Below are positions 24,289 through 35,555 of a DNA stretch of 64,000 bases, piece by piece. Source of the stretch: Oculina patagonica (Eukaryota). Position numbers and translations under genes: made by a program. Position 1 is the first letter of the stretch; each line of letters begins with the position of its first letter. Under the pieces are notes generated by a model. It was not told the origin of the DNA. It saw only the letters and a program-made list of their open reading frames with translations, and searched no databases. The stretch covers positions 15,376,001-15,440,000 of the forward strand of contig NC_135759.1 of NCBI RefSeq assembly GCF_052425735.1. Reading direction: 5' to 3'.

Positions 24289-26192
24289 GGCCTAGGTAAA
24301 GAAGTGTTTCTAGACGGCTACTTGTTGTCATGGTTATGTTATGTTTTTAATTGAATGGTGCGATCTTTAATGAGGAAGTCAGGTTTATTTTAATCGATAT
24401 TAGACACCAATTCTGGCAAAAGACAGAATTGCAATTGAAATGACTCATATTTGCAGTAATAGACAATTGGGGTACAAGAACATACTATGTGTCTGTCCTC
24501 TCTGATATCAAATGCGCCTTTTGCAACAAACGGTCACATGGTAAAAATTCGCCTTGCTGGATGGCAAAAGAATGCGACCATCTCCAAAACAAATCAGCTT
24601 CAACCAGCCAAGCTTGGCTTTTCTTTGTTGTTAGATGTGCCAGTGCGTAGCATGCCATCCAGCATAGTGCCGGAATTTTGTACCATGCAACCGTTTGTTG
24701 CAAATCCACTGAGACATAGCTTTGGATCATTTGCAATTTCTTTTCCACATCCAACTCACCCGTAAAATGCTGAAAAATGACTACGGATAACAACACTTTA
24801 CTCACTGTAAAGTGGCTCAGAGTTTGAGTTTTACGGAAATTGTTACGTGGCAGAATTAAAGTACAAGACCAACTCTACAGCATTTGGCGTCAGTCAGTTG
24901 TATCTTTAATCTTTCCGTTCAACAGCTGGTTACAAGTGAAGTACACTAACTTCTAACATGTATTCATGTGATATTTGCAAATTGCACCAGTCTTACTTCA
25001 AAATACACAACACTGTTACGTATAGTTTTAATTATGCGTATTGTTACGTGTTATTTTAATTATGCGTAACAATCTTAAAAGATGACTTCAGCTGCTCAGT
25101 CAGTGTTTAACGATAAAAAGAATCTAAAATAAAGTCTACTTTGCACTGAGCAAGAATTTGTATTCTTCAAATTATGTACATTGTTGGATTCCGATGATCG
25201 AAAACAAATCAACGGCTCGTCTTAATAATGTTATGCTATTCAAAGTTTGTATCGAATAAAATTCAAGTTTAAAGTAGAGGAGCTAGCATTTGGAATTAAG
25301 CTTGAAATTGTCTACCTAGGAAAAGAAATCAGCGGAACGAAGTAAACTAGTTTTTAATATTTAATCAAGGTTTGTAAAGCGCATTATTATGCGCGAAGTT
25401 TTCGGAAATGTACGGGTTTGGCGCGGCTTGATGTGAACTTCTCGTCGAAGGAAATCACTTGCATGAAAGACTGAACAGTTGAAATCATCTTTTTGTCTTC
25501 TTGAAGCTATTTGTACCAGCAGTCAGTGTGAACAAACTGAACTGACATATTGCATATTCAGTGATAGCGATTCCCGCGCCGCCCTCCCCACTCCCACCCC
25601 CACCCCCCATTGGAGATCCCAAGATTTAAGGTCATACTTTAAAACTATGGTGAGTAAATGAATAGATAAATCAGTATCGTTAAAATAATCTCAAAATACG
25701 CTTCTAGATTAGCATTCAAATTCCCTTCCTGTTCCCAAATGTTCAACTGAGCACGTTAAAGCTAATCCAGAATTATTGCAAATTTCATTTTATAACTTTT
25801 CAGTCAAGTTTTTTGTTTACATTTTGGGCCTCCAGTTTTGATATCGACTAATTCCAAACTCCGCAATAAAAATTGAAAAACAATTGTATACAAGAGAAAT
25901 TACAACCACGAGCACATTTTAATTCTGGATTAGTGTTAATGGGCTTTCGAACAAACCGAACAATAAGTAATACGTATATGTACATGTAACCGAAGATACA
26001 CCATAAATACGTAAAATAAAACCTAAATAGTAATGCAGAAATAATTAAATAATGAACGACAAGGAAATAACATTTTTTAAGATAGTTACTATTTTAACTC
26101 CGTTAAGTTCATATTCCACAAAGTTTACTGAAACTGGATCTTGTCACTGTAAAAATTCTTCAGGATAGTCCCAGTAAATAATTCGCACACAT

Positions 26193-26472
26193 TAGAGCGG
26201 CTTTCACATGAGTGTCGAAAGTAATTCGCATTTGCTTTAGTTCTGCATTACTACGCTTAGTGGTTGGTTTAAAAAAAATCGCACCACTTTCTCAACCAAT
26301 TAGAAGTAGAACCAAAACCAATCGCGACTTACGAACGCACTTTTTCCCAGGCTACGTGTATTTGCTTCGAGTTTTCATTGGTTCGCTGGTTTGCCCTGTG
26401 TGCTTTGTGATTGGCCAGAGTGATCACTTTGGTTTTGGTTTAACGACACTCAATTGAAATAAAACCGCTCTA
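26193..26472. mobile_element. MITE (TAGAGCGG..CCGCTCTA)
   Basis: TIR TAGAGCGGCTTTCACATGAGTGTCG / CGACACTCAATTGAAATAAAACCGCTCTA. It is absent at the paralogous site (~61400). Confidence 0.8.
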
Positions 26473-27013
26473 CCTTGATTGTTTCATTGGTTTGGTGGTA
26501 ATTAATTAATCTTCCGAACTTGAACTGGTCATTCAACTTGAATATTTCGTTGCTAAATACTGCATCTCCGTGAAACGGATATAAATCGTATAAGCCAGAA
26601 AAAAATTGCTTCTCATATCAGCTAGAAATTACTACTGTGCTATCATAGTTGCCTTCAAATTTTCCAACTTGAATAACAACTATAGCTACTGTCCATCAAT
26701 AACGCGCCAGGAAGTAGATTTTATTGATACACTGTGCATGAAGTAGGCTTTCTTAATCGGTGCATGGAAACTTTGTAAAGTATACCCATAAATGTTATAA
26801 CAATCGTGAATGTAATACCAACCATTGATATTATAAACAATAAACACAAAATGTAATTACAACCATAAATGTAATAAGGCTAAACCGTAAATATAATCAA
26901 CTGCATGGATGGCCAACCATAAATGTAATAAATTTAACCATAAATGTAATAAATTTGCTATTACGAAACATCACTTAACAGTTGCAGGTCGCAAGACGGT
27001 TGCAGCACTACAA

Positions 27014-27270
27014 CCGGGCCGTAACTAGCAAGAGGCAAGACGAGGCATTTGCCTCGTCTAGATTTTAACCTAAAATTAAAAACAAAAAATGGTTTGTTGG
27101 GAAAATAATCCCAAATTGAACAAAACCGATTTCTCTCAAGAAATACTTTATGAAAAATGTCGAAGAAAGAGCTTCGGAGCTTCAGAGCTTCTAGATTTTA
27201 GACTTTTCTGGAGAGCATTTCCCCGGAATCCTCTTGCCTCGTCTTTGGCAGAGGTCTGGTTACGGCCCCA
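27014..27270. mobile_element. Small MITE
   Basis: TIR GGGCCGTAACTAG / CTGGTTACGGCCC. Confidence 0.6.
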
Positions 27271-27905
27271 GCTGACTACAATCATCACTTTCAGAGAGCG
27301 TGTCATTTCATGATTCACTATACCAAGTTTTACCTTTCCTAAAAGTTGTTGGAATAGTTAACGTAAAAAATGATTGCGATGAAAATGAGAGGTTTTTAAA
27401 GTTCTGCTAAACTAGTCCTATGACCTTTTCTGAAAAAAATTACAAATAAGGAAAAAAAATACCACAAACAACAGAGATCTTTGGAATTTCAGAGTGCTGG
27501 ATGGCCGTTGGCTCAGAAGAGCTCATCCGGCCTTTGTCGGTCTTGTTTTCAGTCCTGCAGGGTGTCTCAGTCACCCTCCTCACTAGCATAGCTAGTGGGG
27601 AAGCCGGTTTAGTCGCCGACTCGACCATGCGACAGGTAGTACTGGGTTACATGCTACCAGTAGCAACCATAGGCTGACATGTCGTAATAAGACAAATAGA
27701 GGAATTTGTCTTGTTGTAAATTTTTCCTGTCGTATAGGTAGTATTTTAAATCTGATCCTAATGAGATACAGCCAGCAAAAAATTGCAAATAACGTTGTAC
27801 CAAAAACAATCAAAGATTGACCTAGCGTTAATGATAGGGCAAATAGGGGTGCCATTGTGTATTGTAATTTTTCCGTCCGTCTTACGTCCTGCCATATATG
27901 CAGTA

Positions 27906-28639
27906 CATTAAAAACCCGCGAGTAAGAACCTAATTTTTAAGAACCTGTTAGGCTAAAATTTGTTAGCTAGACACCCTCTATATAAGAGCCTCTTAAGCCT
28001 AAAAATTGGAAACAGGTTCTTATTTTCTAAAGTCCACTAGAAATGTTAACTTTAAGGGAAATAAGATAAGTCGACATAATTTGCTGGATCCTGTTTGAAA
28101 GACACCTACAATCATTGACTAAAGTTTGACACACTATCAGTTTAGGCCCTATTTTATTATTATTTGGACTAATTTCATCCTTTTGCCCCACTTTTCCAAC
28201 TCCCATGCCCCCTATCAATGTTGTAGTTTCTCTAGGAGCCCTTTGCTACAACTTTACAACATTGGATAGGGGGAGGGGGTATTTTAGCAGACAGACATGA
28301 AATTTAAAAACTATAGTTGTAAATTTGTCATAAAAAAACCGAGCCAAGTCAATGTGTCAACTACTTTTGTCAAAGATTGTAGGACACTTATCCCTCCACT
28401 TGCAATGTATATTCCAATGTTAAAAATCATAGAATATTATTATTGATACAATCGCATGCTAAATATAAATAAAATGGTATGCAAATTCCATGTGATGAGA
28501 AGGCTGAATACCACTAAAAATTCTACTAGCAATAATGTAAAATATTTCTTCGGAAAACTATTAAGAACCTATATGGCCTAATTTTTTGCTGATTACCATT
28601 TACGCAAGAACGTGTTTAGGCTAACTGGGGTTTTTATTG
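27906..28639. mobile_element. Tc1/mariner-type MITE (TA TSD), same family as 35103-35503
   Basis: CATTAAAAACCCGCGAGTAAGAACCT..GGGGTTTTTATTG between TA dinucleotides. The empty site GAAGTATTTCAAATCTGA is at 62160 in the paralogous unit. Confidence 0.75.
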
Positions 28640-28849
28640 TATTTCAAATCTGATCCCTATAGGAAATGACCAGCCACCCCAAAACGCAAACAAAGTATAC
28701 TACCAGTAACAGCCACAGGCTGACCTAACATAATAAGGCAAATTAAGGGATTTGCCTTGTTGTTAATTTTTCTTCAGTCTTACAAGATGTATTTAAAACC
28801 CTCGCCTTCAATTCCCTTATAAAAAATGCCCTATACTTCAAAATAAGCT

Positions 28850-30283
28850 CTATTGCATTTCATGCTTGTAACCATTGTCCAGCTCTGACAGAGGAAATTT
28901 CATCGTGGCGAAGTAGTCCTCGCAAGTTTCGGCTCGTCGAATCATCTCATAACGATTGCAGGCAACGCGCAAAATTTCTGCGTGTCGCAATTTGGCATTG
29001 AAGTTGAACCCCATCGCTCGGCCGTACGCTCCTGCGCTGTGAAAGATACACAGATCACCAATTTCTGGATTCACGTTTAGAGTGCGGTCGACAGCAAGTT
29101 TATCGTAGTTGGCACAAAGGGAGCCGACGACGTCGAACATTCGATCTCTCTTATCACCTTTGTGGTTAGGACAAGCATAGGAAGGGTCGCTGACTACAGA
29201 CTTGTAATCGGGAAGGTTCTTTCGGACATCTTTAGGGGGAGACTGATCTTTGACGATGGTTATCTCGTAGTACATGCCAAACATGCCTGGAAGCATGAGG
29301 TCAGCCATTGAAGCATCAACGCCGAGGAAACGTTTGTACGTGTCTTTCATGTTTATAACACGTGAAACCAGCCAACCAAAGTCACCGGTCACTGCTCCTC
29401 CGCACTCGTACTTGATCTGTAGCGGATGAAGGTCTCGATGTGGCAAAACAATTTCTTCATACAAACATTTTACTTGGAAGCCGAGATCTTCCAAATCGAC
29501 AGGCACATCCTCAGGATGGTGGGTCACGCCGATGCCACCTCCCATGTTGACGAATTCAAGACATATTCCTGTCTCGATCTTAACTTCCACTGCCAATGCG
29601 AACATCATCCGAGCAGTCTCGGCAAGATCAGCGATATCCAGGGAATTGGACACTAGCATCGTGTGTGCTCCGAAACGCTTTACGCCATACTCCTTGCACT
29701 TCTTGTAGGCAGAAAACAGCTGGGCCTTTGTCAGGCCAAATTTTGCTTTAGCCGGGTTACCAACAAGCCTGTTGTATTTGACGTTTGTATGTGGACCAGG
29801 ATTGAAACGAAATGCAATCACTTCAGGCAAGACACCTCCCAATGCCTTCTTCAGGTTGTCAATTTGGGAATAGTCGTCCAAATTAATAATGGCACCCATG
29901 TCAAATGCCTTTCGGTAAGCCTCAAAAGGGGTGTTGTTTGAAGTAAACATGATATCTTCGCCTTTAATTCCCAGCCTTTCACATAGGATGAGCTCTTCAA
30001 GTGAACTGCAATCCATTCCCATGTCACACTCTTCGTGTAGCATCTTCAAAATAACCGGAGTAGGTGTTGCTTTGACTGCGAAGTGGTTCTTGAATGTCGA
30101 TCCGGTTAATGATCTCGTCCAGGCGAAGCCAGTATTAAAGTACTTGGCCCTATTCACAATGTTCACTTTGTCGTAGAGATAAAATGGGGTTGGGTACTGG
30201 GAGGCCACTTCTCTAAGTTCTACTTCGCTGCATGGTAACATTTTGTTACTTCTAACTTCATGGTCATCTCTGTAGTCTTCCAT
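28850..30283 (-). CDS. lysA: Diaminopimelate decarboxylase-like (LysA, fold-type III PLP) enzyme with altered specificity residues, copy 1
   Basis: Uninterrupted ORF with first ATG at 30283. Motifs YPTPFYLYD, HFAVKATP (PLP Lys), DCSSLEEL, FTSNNT, INLDD, FRFNPG, KFG, VNMGGGIGV, VVGSLC, GAYG and RRAETCEDYFAT closely follow Firmicutes/Streptococcus-type LysA. The symbol denotes homology only; the activity probably differs. Confidence 0.92.
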   Translation of the reverse strand: MEDYRDDHEVRSNKMLPCSEVELREVASQYPTPFYLYDKVNIVNRAKYFNTGFAWTRSLTGSTFKNHFAVKATPTPVILKMLHEECDMGMDCSSLEELILCERLGIKGEDIMFTSNNTPFEAYRKAFDMGAIINLDDYSQIDNLKKALGGVLPEVIAFRFNPGPHTNVKYNRLVGNPAKAKFGLTKAQLFSAYKKCKEYGVKRFGAHTMLVSNSLDIADLAETARMMFALAVEVKIETGICLEFVNMGGGIGVTHHPEDVPVDLEDLGFQVKCLYEEIVLPHRDLHPLQIKYECGGAVTGDFGWLVSRVINMKDTYKRFLGVDASMADLMLPGMFGMYYEITIVKDQSPPKDVRKNLPDYKSVVSDPSYACPNHKGDKRDRMFDVVGSLCANYDKLAVDRTLNVNPEIGDLCIFHSAGAYGRAMGFNFNAKLRHAEILRVACNRYEMIRRAETCEDYFATMKFPLSELDNGYKHEMQ

Positions 30284-30515
30284 CACGATCTAGGCTTCAA
30301 TCTGTGCGGATTAAAAACTGTGGACATAAAACCGTGTCAGGTATAGTGTCGCCAACTAACTAAGAAACGCGATTGGTATAGCTATAGCGGGGTGTCGGGA
30401 ATTCTGTAAAACAGGCTAGTGCCAATCACAGAACGATATAAGGGGTCTTACAGTGCTTTTACTGTAAGTTCCTGGTTTCATAATGGAAAAAATGCGCTTA
30501 TTTAAAGTGCTTTTA

Positions 30516-32220
30516 TTTAACAAATAAAGAAGCCTCGACTGTGCTCTGTTTTGTTGTAAAGCACGCAGGAAGCGGCTAGAGCACGAAAGAAGTGTAGGGT
30601 GAAATGCGAGCCGTAGGCGAGTGTTTCTCCCTACTTCTTGAGTGCTCTAGTCGCTTCCTAAGTGCTTTACAACAGAACAGAGCACAGTCGAGGCTTCTTT
30701 ATTTGTTTTATAATTAAGAAATTCATTAATTTCCCCACGAATTCGCGCAATTATTTTCAAAACAAACTTTTTTCAAACGAATAGCAGTGGCGTCAGCGTA
30801 CATCTGTACTCTGATAAAGTACGCAACAATTAGCCAATCACAAGACTTGTTAGAATGGTTAAAAGAATGTGATTGGTTGAATAAGACATCAGCTGTCAAC
30901 AGCTGTCAAACCATCAAGTTTGAAACCATCAAAGTTCAGAAATCCACAAGCTGAAAACGTCAAGTGGAATCCGAATTTTAACACGAGTCCTTGAAGTTCT
31001 TAGGACTTTTAGTACAAGACAGGATAGAAAAGTAGACTGTTTAGTGAAAACCGGCTGAATTCTGACCCATGAAAACTTGCACGTTGTTAACTTGACAACT
31101 AGAAAACAAACTGCTCAAAGCTTGTGGCTGGTACTTCACAAAATGCGGCCGTGCGGCGTGTTTCGCGAATCATTTACAACCATCGGATTCAAGGGAAAAA
31201 TTAAAGTTTTGCTGTGGTTGCTGTGGCCTTCCATTCATCGCACTGTTAAGGATATAGTCCAGGATTGTCTTCCTGAATTGCATTGGAGGTTTTTAGTCTG
31301 CTTCTGGAATGACATGAAGGTAAACTTGTGTTCGATGTTTTCTTTGTTTTCGCGCTTGTTCAATTTTTTCTAACTTTGCAGCAGCTTGTTTGAAGCTTGA
31401 AATTCAACCCTTTTTGCAATAAAAATTCCTAGGTTTAGGTGTCTCTGATAGCGTTGCGAAATCCAAGAAGCGATGACCTCGAGTAAAGTTCACCGTCTTT
31501 TGTTCGAGCTTCGGCGTAGAATTTACCCAAGTTGTTGTCTAGCTTCTTTGTTGGTCATTTTGTCAAGGCTTTTGGCAATTTTTCTTTCACGGCACCAAGC
31601 TGTTTTGAAAACGCCAGAAAAAAATTATTCAGTATGTGATAAGTCTGAGTTGTGTGTGTGTATTCGCTAGCTAATTTAGTTTTCTGTTTTTTGAATTGCT
31701 GTTTGTTTGTTTTGTTTTTTTACACGAAAATGTAGCTGTGCGTGTTTTATCTAAAATTCCGTACTTAAATAATGTGAAACTCATATTCAAAAACTCAGAT
31801 GGCCCATTTTGTACTATCTTTCGTGTTTTCCGTTTGTGCTTTCGTTATAATGTCTTCAATTTCGGCCTTGAGTTGTTTACAAATCTTTGGTTGGATGTTT
31901 TGTTGTTAAGCTTACTTTCCGGCTCGGTGTTTTTTTTCCCCCCGTAACTTGTACCGAAATTTCATTTCCTATCGCCGTGCAATTTGTGCTGTTAGGAACA
32001 GGACGTTTTAAATTAACGGACGTTAAAAGCTCGTTTTCATTCTCGTTTTTCAGGTCAAAGAAGATGTCAGGGTCAAGACAAAACCCGAGAAAGACGTTCG
32101 GGAATAGTGGTCGGCCATATTGGGTCGATGGCGTGACATTTCCTCCGTACATCTGGACTCTGATAAAGTACACTGTTTCAGCCAATCAGAGCGCGCGTTA
32201 TATGAAAACTTAATTATAAA
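30516..32220 (-). mobile_element. Decayed Crypton (tyrosine-recombinase DNA transposon)
   Basis: ~190-bp terminal hairpin at 30519-30706. The minus strand at 31545-31435 reads LDNNLGKFYAEARTKDGELYSRSSLLGFRNAI..HLN, matching the Crypton/DUF3504 (ZMYM/KCTD1-like) N-terminal motif, and is frameshifted around it. Confidence 0.7.
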
Positions 32221-32353
32221 TGTCTATATTCCAAGTTTTGTTTTCATCATTAATGTTTACACGCGCACTAATTTCAGTCCATTTCTGACGGTAGAATAGA
32301 TAACAACGTTTCGCAGCAGATTTGCTGGGGACTAAAGATGTTTCCCGTTTGTC

Positions 32354-34577
32354 TATCCCAGTCCCTAAACTCCTTCTTCCACGCGCCCTTTATAAGGGTT
32401 GAACCCAGGCGCGCGAAGAGAGAGTCCAGGATAACCTGCATGCGCATGCGCCAGTTTTCCCCCCCGAAATCGGGGGAAAAACCATATTTGGCAGCACGGT
32501 TGAAAAGGCGCGCGCACAGATGACGAGTTCAACTACGCAACCATGTTCTAAGCAGGAGGGCATTTTGCGTGCGCATGCGTCGATATGGGCTAGTGCGCAC
32601 GACAGAGAAGTTCTGCTATCGATTGTTTACATATTTTTCACAATTTATGGCCTAATTTTTAGCTCAAAATAAAAGGTATTTCAAGTTTTATTTGCTGTAT
32701 ACGATACTAAGAGTCCTTGCTTTATCTTCTGACAACAACAAGCATACTTTGGTGTCGGCGTGCCGTTTATCTGATCGACTTTGGCTATGTGTATTAAACA
32801 TTGCGCGTGGACAAAATGGCGACCGAATGTCGAGAACCTAAATACCTTGCCCATGTTTTTAATAGCCGGGAGATCTAAACGGACAAAGCGCTACGACTAC
32901 TTAGTACTAAAATATAAAACAGCAGTTTTAACTATACGATGTTATAATCAAGTATCCCGGGTTTGAGCAAATGATCATGATTTTGTTCAGATTTTTCATA
33001 AAACTGCAATTTCATCGTTCTCACGATGCGAAAATCTCAAAATCTAACCTTGATCTCCAGCGTCTAGCGATGATATATGGAGCCTGAAGTACTTGAACTA
33101 TCGTCTAATGCTGCGAAGGTAGCGTTAAAAAATGGTCTATTGTGGTAATTTTTAGCTTTCTTTAACGTACGTTCTCGCTGGTTTATTCTAACAGAGAAAC
33201 TATCGTTTGTGATTATTTCCTTAAACTTAAGCATTGGTCAAAATAACTTCACATTTCGATGTACCACAATTATTCCGTTGAACAAGAAAAGAATTTCTGA
33301 GATCGGTCTTAATTTTAAAGTGTAATGGTAATTCTTTGCTGGTGGACTATTTGTTTACATTTTACTATGTTAATTAGTACATTTTTGGCTCCTTTATCAA
33401 AATCTAGCCTTGATCACCAGTCAAAAAATAGCATGGAACGAACAAGCGATATATATATTTTTCAGAAACGTTCTAATAACTGCTGCATAAAATGTCTTAA
33501 GAAATAATTTTTAACCATAAACAATGTTATTTTCAATTTTTCATTCAACGTTTATTTCTTTAAGATTGATGTTCGTTCTGTTATATCGACTGTTTTACTT
33601 CTGTGTCGCCTAAATGTGATTTAAAGAACTGCAGTTTTTGTTCCAGGAAACCCTGTTTGCCAGTCGAGGGCAAGTTGGCTTTGCTTTAGAGTCATCAGTG
33701 AGCTGCATTATTATGTGCAGAACACCCAAACATGTCATTCCCCTCAGGGAAAACCCTTTCCTTGGTGGCCGTCCCTTTAGGCAAAAAATCTCCCGACAAG
33801 CTATAATATTGCTCGCACTCTGCCTGTATGACAGCAATTGATTTGATGTGAAGTTTTGATCCTAATATATCACACTCCAGCACACGAATAAATGTTTTCC
33901 CCTTTTACGGTCTGTTTGATTTTTGTCGGTGAAGGCTTTCCTACCTGTCCCACATATTTTCCCATTATTTGCAACAACGATCCCGAAGCAGGCAGGAAAA
34001 TCTGATTTATAAGAGCCTTGCCACACACAAAACACTTTTTCTTAGCGAAATTTACGTCTATATTAAATTATGTGACGATAAACAGTTTAAAAAACAAAGT
34101 TTGAATCTTCCGCGCCATTTTTATTCCCAAGATCACGCGGTCTTTGTACAGCGGTTGCACGCATGCGCCCGCAAAATGCCCTCCTGCTACCATGTTCTAA
34201 AGCAGGATCACCGGAAAAACTTTAAAAAAGCCTAGCTTTCCAGTCAGTGTCTATAAAAGCTAACGGCCAAAACACAAATCGCTATCTGTCAACTATTCCT
34301 TCCATTTTGTAGCTGTTTATGAATTGGTTTTGGATGCAATTTAGTACAGTTTTTTTCTTGCATTTATTCGCGCGCTTGGTCGCGTAGTTCAATTCGTCAT
34401 TTGATCGAGCAGTTTTAACCTAGCGCGCGCGTCCCAAGCAAGTGACGCCACACTCCTCGCTTCTGATTGGTTCGTTCTGAGCATGCGCATGCAAGTTATA
34501 CTGGACTCTCTTTCTCGCGCGCCTGGGTTCAACCCCTATAAAGGGCGCGCGTAAAAGAGAGTTACGGAACTGGACTA
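32354..34577. mobile_element. Academ-like non-autonomous DNA transposon with 9-bp TSD
   Basis: ~95-bp TIRs (..GGGTTGAACCCAGGCGCGCG..AGAGAGTCCAG..TGCATGCGCATGC), right end CTGGACTA, TSD CCGTTTGTC/CCGTTTATC. Confidence 0.8.
32550..34189. mobile_element. Second Academ-like element nested in the first
   Basis: TIR AGCAGGAGGGCATTTTGCGTGCGCATGCGT / ACGCATGCGCCCGCAAAATGCCCTCCTGCTA, with an exact 9-bp TSD CCATGTTCT. Confidence 0.8.
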
Positions 34578-35102
34578 CCGTTTATCCTATGTAAAGAGCC
34601 AGCCTCGTCCCCAGGGTCTTCTCTTTTTTCAAAATGGCGGCCGAAAACGGAGAAGACCCTGAGGACGAGATTGTGCGCACACTCCGTAAAGGAGAATTAT
34701 TCTCGGGTCTCCTCGTAACTCCTCGCGGGAACGTAATCCCGCCAAAATGCATTAATATAATTTATGAATTTGGTTTGGTTCGGCAAAAGCACGACGTTTG
34801 AACCGCTGCCGTGCCAGAGTCGTGTAGCAGAGCATGGCGTGTCGAACTAAATTGCTTTGCTGAACTCAATTCAAAAGTTTGATTCAGACGTCGTGCTTCT
34901 GCCGTGCTTTTGTCTTAATTCCTAAATTTAGTTTGGCACGGCAGAAGCACGACGTCTGAGCTAGGCCTAACTTGAGGAAGATTCTTTTACAAGGGAAAAT
35001 ATTGGTATTTAAAAAAAGAAGTTATATCACTGCACATTCATGTTTTCTTGAAGTGTTAACGGCAGCATTTTACTTCTAACTGAAAACTTCTAGTATACAG
35101 TA

Positions 35103-35503
35103 CAGAAAAAACCCGCGAGTAAGAATCTAGTTTTTTCGGTGAGCCTAAACAGGTTCTTACATAAATGGAAGTTAACACAAATTTAGGCTATTTAGGTTCT
35201 TAATGGGTTCTTATTTTTCTAAGGAAAAATTTATATTGTTGCAAATAGAGCTTTTAGTGATATTCAGCCTTTTATTTGTATAAAATTTGCATACCACACA
35301 AGTGTTTATGTAAAAATGAAGCGCTACAGTAAAGCCTTGTCCAAACTTTTTTTCCCAAAGTTAACATTTGTAATCAATTTTAGAAAATAAGAACCTGTTT
35401 TCAATTTTTAGGCTTAATAGGTTATTATAAAAATGGGTCTAATTTGCAAATTTTAGCCTAACAGGTTCTTAAAACTTAGGTTCTTACTCGCGGGTTTTTA
35501 CTG
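35103..35503. mobile_element. Tc1/mariner-type MITE
   Basis: TIR CAGAAAAAACCCGCGAGTAAGAA / TTCTTACTCGCGGGTTTTTACTG with TA flanks. Confidence 0.8.
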
Positions 35504-35555
35504 TATATATTAGTAAAATTGCGAATCCGTAAGTTAAATTTTTGAGGTGTGATAA

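Larger units (their letters stand above)
24570..30345. repeat. Segmental duplication unit A (lysA-like copy 1 plus ~4 kb downstream)
   Basis: Collinear anchors with 58590-63780, e.g. GACCAACTCTxCAGCATTTGGCGT (24868/59030), GCTGGTTACAAGTGAAGTA, CAGGATAGTCCCAGTAAATA (26161/61371) and CTAGGCTTCAATCTGTG (30290/63731). Confidence 0.85.

Noticed and set aside
27592-27855. 87-aa hydrophobic ORF downstream of decarboxylase copy 1
   Set aside because: The frame is not preserved in the paralogous region (61860-62160) or in the sister repeat at 28640-28790, which have stops and indels.
28850-30283. Bacterial contamination or an operon explaining the lysA-like genes
   Set aside because: There are no neighbouring bacterial genes. 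The flanks carry host TEs, and both copies share duplicated eukaryotic flanks.
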